From IMG/VR virus record IMGVR_UViG_3300029868_000025: 40,756 nt of DNA; one strand, 5' to 3'. The notes under the pieces are model-generated. The model made no database searches. It saw nothing but the letters and a program-made list of their open reading frames with translations, and was not told where the DNA came from. Position 1 is the first letter of the stretch; each line of letters starts with the position of its first letter. Below are positions 6,632-13,931 of the stretch, piece by piece. Source of the DNA: a virus. The position numbers and the translations under genes were made by a program.

Positions 6632-7333
6632 CTAAAAGTTATCTCTTTCTCGCATGGATCGCTTTAGTGCGCCAACTATCTCGCCAGGTCGGTTAGAATT
6701 GATTGAGACCTTGGTAAACATTGGGTTAAGCGGTATTAACTCGTAATCGTCGCTGTCTTCCATCGGCTTAAATAAGCCGATGACGGCATTTTTCTTGCCT
6801 TCCACTCTGACTATAACCGGTCTGCCTGGCTCTATCTCTTCGGGTGCAGACACAAACAATAGGATATCTCCCTTTTGCCACGAATCCAAATCCGCGCGCG
6901 CCCGTTCGTCACTGCCTTTCATTGCGTCATCAATTAGAATAACTCCGAACGAATCAGGGCCAAGAGGGGATGTTAGGGCGCGCGGGGTATTAGGGTTGCC
7001 GCCAAGCAGCTTTAGTTGTTCAACTGGATTTGCCGCTTGCTCCATACTTAAAACAATAGGGCCAAGAGGTAGGTTGTTGTTATTGAACAGCTCAGCGGTA
7101 TAGGTTGGCGTGTCTTCCCTTATGCCTTCGCGGCCATGCGCCAACCAATCCATAGTGACGCCCAGAGCTAAAGCTAATTCTTTTAGCTTCTTGCTGGTGT
7201 CGTTTCTGCCTGACTCTAACTGCTGGATAGTGACCTGGGAGGTGCCAGCTATCTCGGCTAATTCTTTTTGAGTTAGCTTTAGCGCCTTTCTGGCCGCCTT
7301 CAGCCTGTCTTTAAGTTCGTCATGTTCATTCAT
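6632..7333 (-). CDS. cI: CI-like repressor (XRE HTH plus S24 LexA-like C-terminal domain with Ser replaced by Ala)
   Basis: HTH LTQKELAEIAGTSQVTIQQLESG. The C-terminal domain aligns with lambda CI: DDAM vs GNSM, GLFKPM vs FKKL, LIPLNPMF vs LQPLNPQY. Confidence 0.9.
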   Translation of the reverse strand: MNEHDELKDRLKAARKALKLTQKELAEIAGTSQVTIQQLESGRNDTSKKLKELALALGVTMDWLAHGREGIREDTPTYTAELFNNNNLPLGPIVLSMEQAANPVEQLKLLGGNPNTPRALTSPLGPDSFGVILIDDAMKGSDERARADLDSWQKGDILLFVSAPEEIEPGRPVIVRVEGKKNAVIGLFKPMEDSDDYELIPLNPMFTKVSINSNRPGEIVGALKRSMRERDNF

Positions 7334-7445
7334 ATTATTAACATTATAGCTAAAGCTATGTTATTTCAAATAACAATTCCTTGCGTCCTAAACTTGTTAT
7401 GCTATATTCATCTCAGTATATAACATTTCTTTGTATGGCGCATCT
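7334..7445. promoter_or_regulatory. Divergent PRM/PR-like switch region with operators
   Basis: Rightward TTGTTA (7394..7399), 17 nt, TATATA (7417..7422). Leftward TATAAT (7348..7343) lies 9 nt from the cI ATG with no RBS. Palindrome TGTTAT-ttcaa-ATAACA is at 7359..7375, with extra half-sites at 7339, 7395 and 7420. Confidence 0.6.
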
Positions 7446-7667
7446 ATGACCCCACACACAGCACTATTAGAAGCAATACGAATATTTGGTACACAACAGC
7501 TACTTGCTCAAAAAGTAGGCTGTAAACAATCAACTATTTCTGGATGCGTAAAACGTAAAACAGGCGCGTCCCCTCGCTTCGCTTACTGGATTAGCGAAGC
7601 TGTTGATTTCCAGGTTACACCGCACCAGTTGTGCCCGAGTGCTTTTCCTAAAAACTTTACCGCGTAG
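7446..7667 (+). CDS. cro: Cro/YdaS-like HTH regulator
   Basis: ALLEAIRIFGTQQLLAQKVGCKQSTISGCV HTH. Divergent from cI. ATG 7446 was chosen over TTG 7431. Confidence 0.75.
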   Translation: MTPHTALLEAIRIFGTQQLLAQKVGCKQSTISGCVKRKTGASPRFAYWISEAVDFQVTPHQLCPSAFPKNFTA

Positions 7668-7676
7668 GGCTTTCTT

Positions 7677-8162
7677 ATGAATGTAAGTAATCATGCAAAC
7701 AGTATCGAGCATAAAGTCACATCTGAAAATAGTAGCATCTTACCAAATGTACTTTTAGCTAATGATTCGAGTAAAGAAGTTGTACATCTCACCAAAGCAG
7801 AAAGCCTGATACTTGAGCTTATTGCTCATTTTGGCTTTTCAGTACCAGAAGCAGCGGCGAGTTTACACAGAGCTATATCAACTGTCACGAAGCAGTCGAA
7901 TTCATTACAAAGGAAGTTAGGGGCTAAAAACATCGCTCATGCAATTTCACGCGCTTACCAGTTAAAAATTCTCGATCCATCCAAACCAGCAAGTGACGAA
8001 ACAATAAAGCGTATCGGCTCAAGTGTAATGATCGTTGTTGTTCTTATGACGCTTACATTCTTTCAAGACGCACGAGTTAGACCAGGAAAGCGGCAGCGCT
8101 CACAGGTGTCTATGCGCGTCAGGGCTAGAAACGAGCTGCTACCTACCGATTGGATTACATAG
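7677..8162 (+). CDS. LuxR/GerE-type HTH protein with C-terminal transmembrane segment
   Basis: LTKAESLILELIAHFGFSVPEAAASLHRAISTVTKQSNSLQRKLGAKN matches the GerE HTH. IGSSVMIVVVLMTLTFF is followed by an Arg-rich tail. Confidence 0.75.
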   Translation: MNVSNHANSIEHKVTSENSSILPNVLLANDSSKEVVHLTKAESLILELIAHFGFSVPEAAASLHRAISTVTKQSNSLQRKLGAKNIAHAISRAYQLKILDPSKPASDETIKRIGSSVMIVVVLMTLTFFQDARVRPGKRQRSQVSMRVRARNELLPTDWIT

Positions 8163-8333
8163 ATGAGAACCGCAGAATCATTCTTTGCTGAAGCGCTAGT
8201 TAACCTTTGGCCTGCATTGGCTTCACTGGTCAATAGTGCGCTGGCGGTAGTCTACTTGGTGTTTGTGTTGGTTTTCGCGATGCCGGTATTGGCAGTGAGG
8301 AAGGTTAGGAAATTATGGGAGAGTGCAAAGTGA
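8163..8333 (+). CDS. Small membrane protein (56 aa)
   Basis: Hand translation MRTAESFFAEALVNLWPALASLVNSALAVVYLVFVLVFAMPVLAVRKVRKLWESAK. ATG directly follows the upstream stop. Confidence 0.5.
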   Translation: MRTAESFFAEALVNLWPALASLVNSALAVVYLVFVLVFAMPVLAVRKVRKLWESAK

Positions 8334-8425
8334 GTGCAGATTTCAAATTGAACATGAAGTGCAAAACGAGCGAAGAGGCGAATACTTTATTAAAAAGCCT
8401 CAGCGCTCATTTATCAGATGAAAGT

Positions 8426-8629
8426 CTACCCGAACATGTCGGTGAGTTCTTTAAGCGATTTCTCGACCTTCCTGATTTCGTTCATAAACTGATCAGCTTT
8501 GATGTCGATAGTGACACCACAGCCGCACTTGATTTCACTGTTTTTCTTAATCCAACCGATTGTCTTCGGGTGTTTGTTATTGCACTTGGGGCAGGGTATT
8601 TCGAGCTTTTCAGAGTCGAGTATATCCAT
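8426..8629 (-). CDS. Zinc-ribbon protein (67 aa), opposite in orientation to the rightward operon
   Basis: AAGGAGAA RBS 8 nt before ATG 8629. Motifs CPKC...CGCG. Competes with plus-strand ORF 8315..8635. Confidence 0.5.
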   Translation of the reverse strand: MDILDSEKLEIPCPKCNNKHPKTIGWIKKNSEIKCGCGVTIDIKADQFMNEIRKVEKSLKELTDMFG

Positions 8630-8705
8630 GAGTAATTCTCCTTGTGAGTGTTTATTTTTGATCTTGCAACCAAAGGTTAACACTCCCCGGGGAATTTTTG
8701 ACAAT

Positions 8706-8743
8706 AAAAAACCCGCTTAATGTCCTGCAAGACGGCGGGTTTT
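8706..8743 (+). terminator. Hairpin terminator between the cro operon and the replication genes
   Basis: AACCCGC...GCGGGTT stem flanked by an A-run (8706..8711) and a T-run (8740..8743). Confidence 0.5.
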
Positions 8744-8765
8744 CTACCAACAAGGTAAAAAGAGT

Positions 8766-9680
8766 ATGAGCGAACAATTAGAAAAAAGCAATGTTGTGCA
8801 GTTGAGGCCAGATCAACGCATAGATAAAGAGGGGTGTAGGCGGGTGAAAGCGGATACGGATAACGGTTATACGCGCTTTGCGCATGAGCTGCTAGAGGCG
8901 AAATATAGCGCCATGCTACCAGGCAGGGCGGGGGATGTGTTCTCTTGCATTATTCGTAAAACCTATGGATACCACAAGAAAACAGACTGGTTATCACCTC
9001 GCCAGGTTGCCGAGAATATGGGGTTAGTTTGGCCAGAAATGCCAGCAGATGAACAAACCGTAATGTTAAAAAACATTAGAAATGTCATTAAAAGTTTAGC
9101 TGATTTAAACATGCTAGTTAAAGAAGGCAAGGAAATTGGCCCCAATCCGGTTATATCTGAATGGCTTCCAACACCTCAAAAAATGAAGCGAATTGAGCAG
9201 CGTGATCAACATTTAATCGCCCTTAAAAATAAGTCAAATGACTTAAATAAAACACCCAAAAGACTTAAAAAAATAACCCATTTGACTTATATAAATAACC
9301 CCACAAAAGATATTAAAGATATTAAAGAAACAAAAGATATTGCCAAAGGGCAAATATCGGACAAGTCCGATGCGATTGTGAAAATTCCAAATTGCCCAAT
9401 CGAGGACATTGTAAATATTTACCATGAAGAACTTCCTGAGCTTCCTGGCGTGAAATTATTAAACCCTGACCGAAAGAAAAAATTAGCAGCTCGATGGAAA
9501 CAGGACGCTAAATTTCAAACGGTCGAATTCTGGCGGGAATATTTCCGGTATGTAAAAACATCAGATTTCTTAATGGGTCAAAAAGGCGGATTCTCAGCCT
9601 CGTTCGATTGGTTAATTAACTCGGCAAACTTCGTGAAGGTGATCGAAGGGAATTACGACAACCGAGGCGATCAGTCATGA
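8766..9680 (+). CDS. Replication initiator, lambda O-like N-terminal domain plus conserved phage C-terminal domain
   Basis: YTRFAHELLEAKYSAMLPGRAGDVFSCIIRKTYGYHKK is O-like. The C-terminus WKQDAKFQTVEFWREYFRYVKTSDFLMGQ is seen in phage replication proteins. ATGA coupling to dnaB. Confidence 0.85.
   Translation: MSEQLEKSNVVQLRPDQRIDKEGCRRVKADTDNGYTRFAHELLEAKYSAMLPGRAGDVFSCIIRKTYGYHKKTDWLSPRQVAENMGLVWPEMPADEQTVMLKNIRNVIKSLADLNMLVKEGKEIGPNPVISEWLPTPQKMKRIEQRDQHLIALKNKSNDLNKTPKRLKKITHLTYINNPTKDIKDIKETKDIAKGQISDKSDAIVKIPNCPIEDIVNIYHEELPELPGVKLLNPDRKKKLAARWKQDAKFQTVEFWREYFRYVKTSDFLMGQKGGFSASFDWLINSANFVKVIEGNYDNRGDQS
9240..9341 (+). repeat. Putative origin: three 18-19-bp iterons at 22-bp period plus three AAAGATATT repeats inside the O-like gene
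   Basis: GACTTAAATAAAACACCC (9240), GACTTAAAAAAATAACCC (9262) and GACTTATATAAATAACCCC (9284). AAAGATATT occurs at 9306, 9315 and 9333. AT-rich interdomain linker. Confidence 0.55.
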
Positions 9681-11020
9681 AATTATATAACAACGACTCA
9701 GAAGCGGCTGTGATCGGCGCGCTTTGCCTTGACGGCTCGTGTTTGCTTGAGGTGATCGACCAAATCAAACCCGAATCGTTTTACATTGGCCAGTATCGAG
9801 AAATATTCTCGGCAGCGGTTGAGCTTGATGAGCTGGGTATCGAGGTTGATATTATTTCACTGGGCGATTATCTCGACAAGCGAACGCAGAATATCAACTG
9901 GCTTGCCTCGCTTGCTGACATGGCTAAAAATTGCCCTGGTACGCGAAACATAAAAACCTATGCGGCGAACGTTCAAGAATATTTCGAGCTACGCAGATTA
10001 CTCGAAGCTGGAAAAGCGGTCTTAGATATCTGCGCTAATCCCGATCTGACGCTAGAGAATAAGCTCAGCGCTGCGCAAGACGAAATCCTGAGCCTTGACA
10101 AGGGGGGCGCTACAAACGGCCCTGTAATCGCAAAGGAGGCGCTTAGAGAGTGGGTCGATCATATCGAGAAATGCGGCGAAGCTGATGGAGAAATAACCGG
10201 CGACTCTTGCGGATTACCAGCAATCGACGAAAGAACAAAGGGCTTCCATCCTGGCGAATTAATAATTATTGCGGCACGTCCAGCAATGGGTAAAACAAAC
10301 TTTGCTTTGAACATGGTAGCCCCGTATCTCAGACGCCAGCAAACGGTTTTAATGTTCTCGCTTGAGATGACCAAACGAGAATTATACAGCCGGTTATTTC
10401 CCATTATGACAGGTGCGGATTATGCACATACTTTGTCAGCAAAATTCACCGAAGAAGAGCGGGAAAAGTTCAACTCATTTATCTCAATGATGCATGATCA
10501 GAAGTTCTTTGTTGACGAAGATTCAGCAGCAAGTATTTCTGATATTCGGGCGCGATCTAGGAAGGTAAAACAACGGTACGGATTGGATTTAATTGTTGTT
10601 GATTATATCGGTCTGGTTGAGGCTTCTGGCTACTCTGAAACTGAGAAAGTATCTAATGTTTCCAAAGGGTTAAAGCGACTCGCTAAGTCTATGGATTGCC
10701 CCGTTATAGCACTCTCGCAGTTAAGCCGAAAGTGTGAAGAGCGCAACGACAAGCGGCCTATTCTTTCAGACCTAAGACAGTCCGGTTCAATCGAGCAAGA
10801 CGCCGATATTGTCGCCTTTATTTACCGTGACGAAGTGTACAATCCCGACAGTATGGACAAGGGAATTGCTGAGTTCATTATCAGGAAATTAAGGCATGGG
10901 GAAATAGGCACAATTCCACTAGGAACAGAGTTTGATAAGTGCCGATTTACACCGACGTTTAGACAGCCAAATCCACACACCGAGCAAGAGAAATCATCGA
11001 GAGGTATGCGTCTTGGATAA
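9677..11020 (+). CDS. dnaB: Replicative DNA helicase DnaB
   Basis: ARPAMGKT Walker A, LIVVDYIGL, ALSQLSR and LRQSGSIEQDADIV motifs. Confidence 0.95.
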   Translation: MKLYNNDSEAAVIGALCLDGSCLLEVIDQIKPESFYIGQYREIFSAAVELDELGIEVDIISLGDYLDKRTQNINWLASLADMAKNCPGTRNIKTYAANVQEYFELRRLLEAGKAVLDICANPDLTLENKLSAAQDEILSLDKGGATNGPVIAKEALREWVDHIEKCGEADGEITGDSCGLPAIDERTKGFHPGELIIIAARPAMGKTNFALNMVAPYLRRQQTVLMFSLEMTKRELYSRLFPIMTGADYAHTLSAKFTEEEREKFNSFISMMHDQKFFVDEDSAASISDIRARSRKVKQRYGLDLIVVDYIGLVEASGYSETEKVSNVSKGLKRLAKSMDCPVIALSQLSRKCEERNDKRPILSDLRQSGSIEQDADIVAFIYRDEVYNPDSMDKGIAEFIIRKLRHGEIGTIPLGTEFDKCRFTPTFRQPNPHTEQEKSSRGMRLG

Positions 11021-11180
11021 TCAGCAAATAGGCAAAGCTTCACTAGCCAAAGCATACGAATCAATTGAAGCCGGCAAGGGTGCGAGCGGCCAAATAATGG
11101 TGCGAAAGCAAAGCACGCGAAATTGGTCGAAACGAACGCGAATTATTTTAGTCCAGACAGTCAGAGAGGTTAGAGCATGA
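11013..11180 (+). CDS. Possible small protein (55 aa, TTG start)
   Basis: GAGAGG RBS 8 nt before TTG 11013. The stop forms an ATGA overlap with the next gene. Confidence 0.3.
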   Translation: MDNQQIGKASLAKAYESIEAGKGASGQIMVRKQSTRNWSKRTRIILVQTVREVRA

Positions 11181-11392
11181 GTCATAACAGCGAAACAGAA
11201 ACGCAAGCCAAGAAAATAGCTGAGCATTTGAAAGGCGGCAAAGGGTTAACGCCATTACAAGCGCTTGACCTCTTTGGCTGCTTTAGATTGAGCGCCAGAA
11301 TCGGAGAGCTAAAGGAAATAGGTATGAAAATTACATCCTCGCGAGTTAAGCGCGGCAAGAAAAGCGTCTGTGAATATACGTTGATTGCATAA
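11177..11392 (+). CDS. Small winged-helix/HTH protein (71 aa)
   Basis: LTPLQALDLFGCFRLSARIGELKEIGMKI pattern, typical of phage HTH_39-like proteins. Confidence 0.65.
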   Translation: MSHNSETETQAKKIAEHLKGGKGLTPLQALDLFGCFRLSARIGELKEIGMKITSSRVKRGKKSVCEYTLIA

Positions 11393-11532
11393 TGACGACT
11401 ATCGAACTGTTCGCCCTCATCCTAATAGCGTCAGTAGCAATGATGGTGCTAGGCGCTGGCATCTGTTACTCGGCCATATGGTATATGAATAGGGTTGATT
11501 GCGAGTTTATGGAGGGATTGGAAATTGACTAA
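11392..11532 (+). CDS. Small membrane protein (46 aa)
   Basis: Hand translation MTTIELFALILIASVAMMVLGAGICYSAIWYMNRVDCEFMEGLEID. TAATG overlap with the upstream gene. Confidence 0.45.
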   Translation: MTTIELFALILIASVAMMVLGAGICYSAIWYMNRVDCEFMEGLEID

Positions 11533-12052
11533 AGCAGCCTATGGTCGAGTGGCCAATATCAAAAAAGTACCTTCTCGCAGTGTTGCGGTGATAATGATTG
11601 AGGTGCCGGTTGAGAGTTATGTTGAGGCCGTTACGTCATTCGATGAAAAGGACGTATTAATCACTATTGCGCCCAAAGACTTAAACGGCGGTTATGGGGT
11701 TGTTGTTAGTGAGCCGGTGAGCGTAAAGCTTGATATTGGTAGCGATGATTGCGTGTCAGGCGCAACCGTTGCCAAGATGATCGAAGCGGCTAATCCTGAA
11801 ATGCTTGTCACTACGCAGAAGCCACGCGGCCTAAAGCTCTCCAATGTTGCCGCTATGTGGTGCAAGGATGAGCATTTTCAAAATTGGTTATCGTTGAAGC
11901 TGCTAACTCCTATTGACGAAAAGATGGCGACTAATTATGTCAGGAATTCCTGTCTTATAGAATCCCGCTCTGAGCTGGATAGCAACAAGCAAGCGGCGGC
12001 GTATTTTATCGAGCACATTCGCGATCCATACCAAAAAGCAATGCAAAGTTAA
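11525..12052 (+). CDS. Hypothetical nin-region protein (175 aa, TTG start)
   Basis: ORF 11495..12052. GGAGGG RBS 8 nt upstream of TTG 11525. Confidence 0.6.
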   Translation: MTKAAYGRVANIKKVPSRSVAVIMIEVPVESYVEAVTSFDEKDVLITIAPKDLNGGYGVVVSEPVSVKLDIGSDDCVSGATVAKMIEAANPEMLVTTQKPRGLKLSNVAAMWCKDEHFQNWLSLKLLTPIDEKMATNYVRNSCLIESRSELDSNKQAAAYFIEHIRDPYQKAMQS

Positions 12053-12104
12053 AATTAACCATCCTACACCTAGACGAATACCTACAAACCATCGGAGAAG
12101 CCGC

Positions 12105-12341
12105 ATGATCGCACAGCTAAAAACAATTGAAGAGTCAATAAAGACGGAGCAACTCAAGCTCGATCAATTGCTGGAAAAGAAAGGGGAGTATTACCTGTAT
12201 GTGTCGGCCTATTCAACGGTTAAAGAGGCGAACAAAGCAACGGCTGAAGCGGCAAAGGATGTGAGGTCTACGCTATTAACGCTTAAAGGTTTGCGAGCTG
12301 ACATCCTTGAAATGAAAGAGATGGTAAAGGAGGCGGCTTAA
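12105..12341 (+). CDS. Hypothetical coiled-coil protein (78 aa)
   Basis: ORF with a GGAGAAG RBS. Confidence 0.6.
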   Translation: MIAQLKTIEESIKTEQLKLDQLLEKKGEYYLYVSAYSTVKEANKATAEAAKDVRSTLLTLKGLRADILEMKEMVKEAA

Positions 12342-12748
12342 TGAAAACGATTGAATTAGCTGAGGCGGTAGCAGTCGAGACTAAAAATGCTCCCTGCAAT
12401 GGATGCGCTAAACAGGCCGAATGCGCAACGGGCAAAATGTGCGGTGATTTTGTGGTTTTCTTTAAAACCGGAAAGAAGATTGAAGCCCAAAGAGAGGCAT
12501 ATAAATCTCTTTATAATAGAACGTTTGATAGGGCCAAAATCAGGCCGTCTATCAAGCTGCTCGTTTGCGAGGTTGCAGAGAAATACAAAGGAAAATCAGA
12601 AGGTGAGCTGATTGAAATAGCAAACGCAATGCTTGAGTTCTTGCGAACCAGCGGCAAATCAGATGCTTGCGAACAAACCAGAGAGAACCAGTATAGGGAG
12701 CTGGTTAGATTGGTTGGGCTTAGCGTTTCGGTTGTGGAGGCCGCTTAG
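12341..12748 (+). CDS. Hypothetical protein with N-terminal Cys cluster (135 aa)
   Basis: ORF with start/stop overlap with its neighbours. Motif CNGCAKQAECATGKMC. Confidence 0.65.
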   Translation: MKTIELAEAVAVETKNAPCNGCAKQAECATGKMCGDFVVFFKTGKKIEAQREAYKSLYNRTFDRAKIRPSIKLLVCEVAEKYKGKSEGELIEIANAMLEFLRTSGKSDACEQTRENQYRELVRLVGLSVSVVEAA

Positions 12749-13320
12749 TGATTGCCAAGCGCAAGCCTAAGAAGTGCCGAATCTGTCCAGAGAAGTTTGT
12801 GCCGTGCCGTATGGGTCAATTCGCTTGCTCGGTTAAGTGCGCTATTGAGTGGAGCAATCGACAGTCAGAGAAGAAAAAGAAAGCCCAGCATCGAGCGGAT
12901 AAAGAGCGGATTAAAACAAGGGGCGCGTGGCTTAACGACTGTAAAAACGCTTGTAATGCTTACGTCAGAGAGCGCGACCATGATCAACCTTGCATTAGTT
13001 GCGACAAGCCGCCCAGCCCTCAAATATACGGCGGTCAATGGGACGCGGGGCATTATCGCTCGGTTGGTTCGGCGCCTCATATTAGGTTTGTTCTGAACAA
13101 CATCCATAAGCAGTGCGTTTATTGCAACAGAGATTTAGACGGCAATATTGTTGCTTATCGCCCCCGGTTAATCGAGCGCATAGGGTTGGCAACGGTTGAG
13201 GCAATCGAAGCGGATCAAGCCCCTAGAAAATACTCAATCGAAGAAATCAGAGCAATGACGGCGAATTTCAGAAAGCTAACGCGAGAATTAAAGAAAAGGC
13301 GTGAATATGATACAGCGTAA
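12748..13320 (+). CDS. ninG: NinG/Rap-family recombination endonuclease
   Basis: CRICPEKF...FACSVKC zinc motif, DAGHYRSVGSAPHIRF, NIHKQCVYCN, GN..AYRP. Confidence 0.85.
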   Translation: MIAKRKPKKCRICPEKFVPCRMGQFACSVKCAIEWSNRQSEKKKKAQHRADKERIKTRGAWLNDCKNACNAYVRERDHDQPCISCDKPPSPQIYGGQWDAGHYRSVGSAPHIRFVLNNIHKQCVYCNRDLDGNIVAYRPRLIERIGLATVEAIEADQAPRKYSIEEIRAMTANFRKLTRELKKRREYDTA

Positions 13321-13636
13321 TCAGCATTTTTTGCGGATATTGATCGATAGGGCTGGCGGCTCTTTGCTATTGGGCGTTAAAGAAATGGAAGACGCCAAGC
13401 GCGAAAAGGGCGCGATTAGTGTTGAGCGGTTGAGTAGCGGCGTGTTTCGTCTTGGTGTACTGACTGCTGACGGCACCACGATTGAGAAAGCGAGCTCTAT
13501 TGATGCTCAGATACAAGCGGAAATGAATAAAATTGATTGGCCAGAAGAGGGGCGCATTGATGCAATAGGGCAAAACGGAAACGATGGCGAGCATTATGGC
13601 GCCAAAACTGAAACGCAAATTGATTGGGTGAAATGA
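13307..13636 (+). CDS. Hypothetical protein (110 aa)
   Basis: ORF; ATG 13307 (GTG 13301 also possible). IDAIGQNGNDGEHY motif. Confidence 0.6.
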   Translation: MIQRNQHFLRILIDRAGGSLLLGVKEMEDAKREKGAISVERLSSGVFRLGVLTADGTTIEKASSIDAQIQAEMNKIDWPEEGRIDAIGQNGNDGEHYGAKTETQIDWVK

Positions 13637-13752
13637 TGAATAGTAATGCTGTTGGAATTGCTGCGATTGTTGTGGCTGGCGTATTGGGCGTATTTTTTGG
13701 TGGCGATCCAGATTTGATGGATGCAATAACTCACTGGCTAAAGAGCAAATAG
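13633..13752 (+). CDS. Small membrane protein (39 aa)
   Basis: Hand translation MMNSNAVGIAAIVVAGVLGVFFGGDPDLMDAITHWLKSK. ATGA overlap with the upstream stop. Confidence 0.45.
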   Translation: MMNSNAVGIAAIVVAGVLGVFFGGDPDLMDAITHWLKSK

Positions 13753-13754
13753 CC

Positions 13755-13928
13755 ATGCTAACCGAACGCGACCAGCTACGCCAAAAATTAGAAGAGGATA
13801 CGGCTAAATTTTTGGCGTGTGGTGGCGTGGTTGATCAGCGATTGATAACGGATTGGAAAGAAAAAGTAGAATTAAGCATTAGTGAAAGGCAAATCATAAA
13901 CGGCAAATACTACGCGCATGGGGTGTAA
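13755..13928 (+). CDS. Hypothetical small protein (57 aa)
   Basis: Hand translation MLTERDQLRQKLEEDTAKFLACGGVVDQRLITDWKEKVELSISERQIINGKYYAHGV. Confidence 0.45.
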   Translation: MLTERDQLRQKLEEDTAKFLACGGVVDQRLITDWKEKVELSISERQIINGKYYAHGV

Positions 13929-13931
13929 TCA

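Noticed and set aside
4723-7445. LexA (SOS) boxes CTGT-N8-ACAG in the switch and immunity-region promoters
   Set aside because: None was seen by eye in the intergenic regions 4723..4842, 5467..5687, 6325..6424 and 7334..7445. A matrix scan would be needed to be sure.
8315-8635. 106-aa plus-strand ORF overlapping the zinc-ribbon gene
   Set aside because: Not listed as a feature because the opposite-strand ORF has the stronger RBS and a clear CxxC...CxC motif. It is not excluded, however; see the corresponding finding.
10932-11180. 82-aa ORF overlapping the end of dnaB
   Set aside because: The first third overlaps conserved dnaB coding sequence. Only the distal 55 codons (TTG 11013) were kept, as a low-confidence gene.
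12387-13096. Alternative-frame ORFs 12387..12611 and 12752..13096
   Set aside because: They are embedded in the better-supported 135-aa and NinG reading frames. The translations are Arg/Ser-rich with no RBS.
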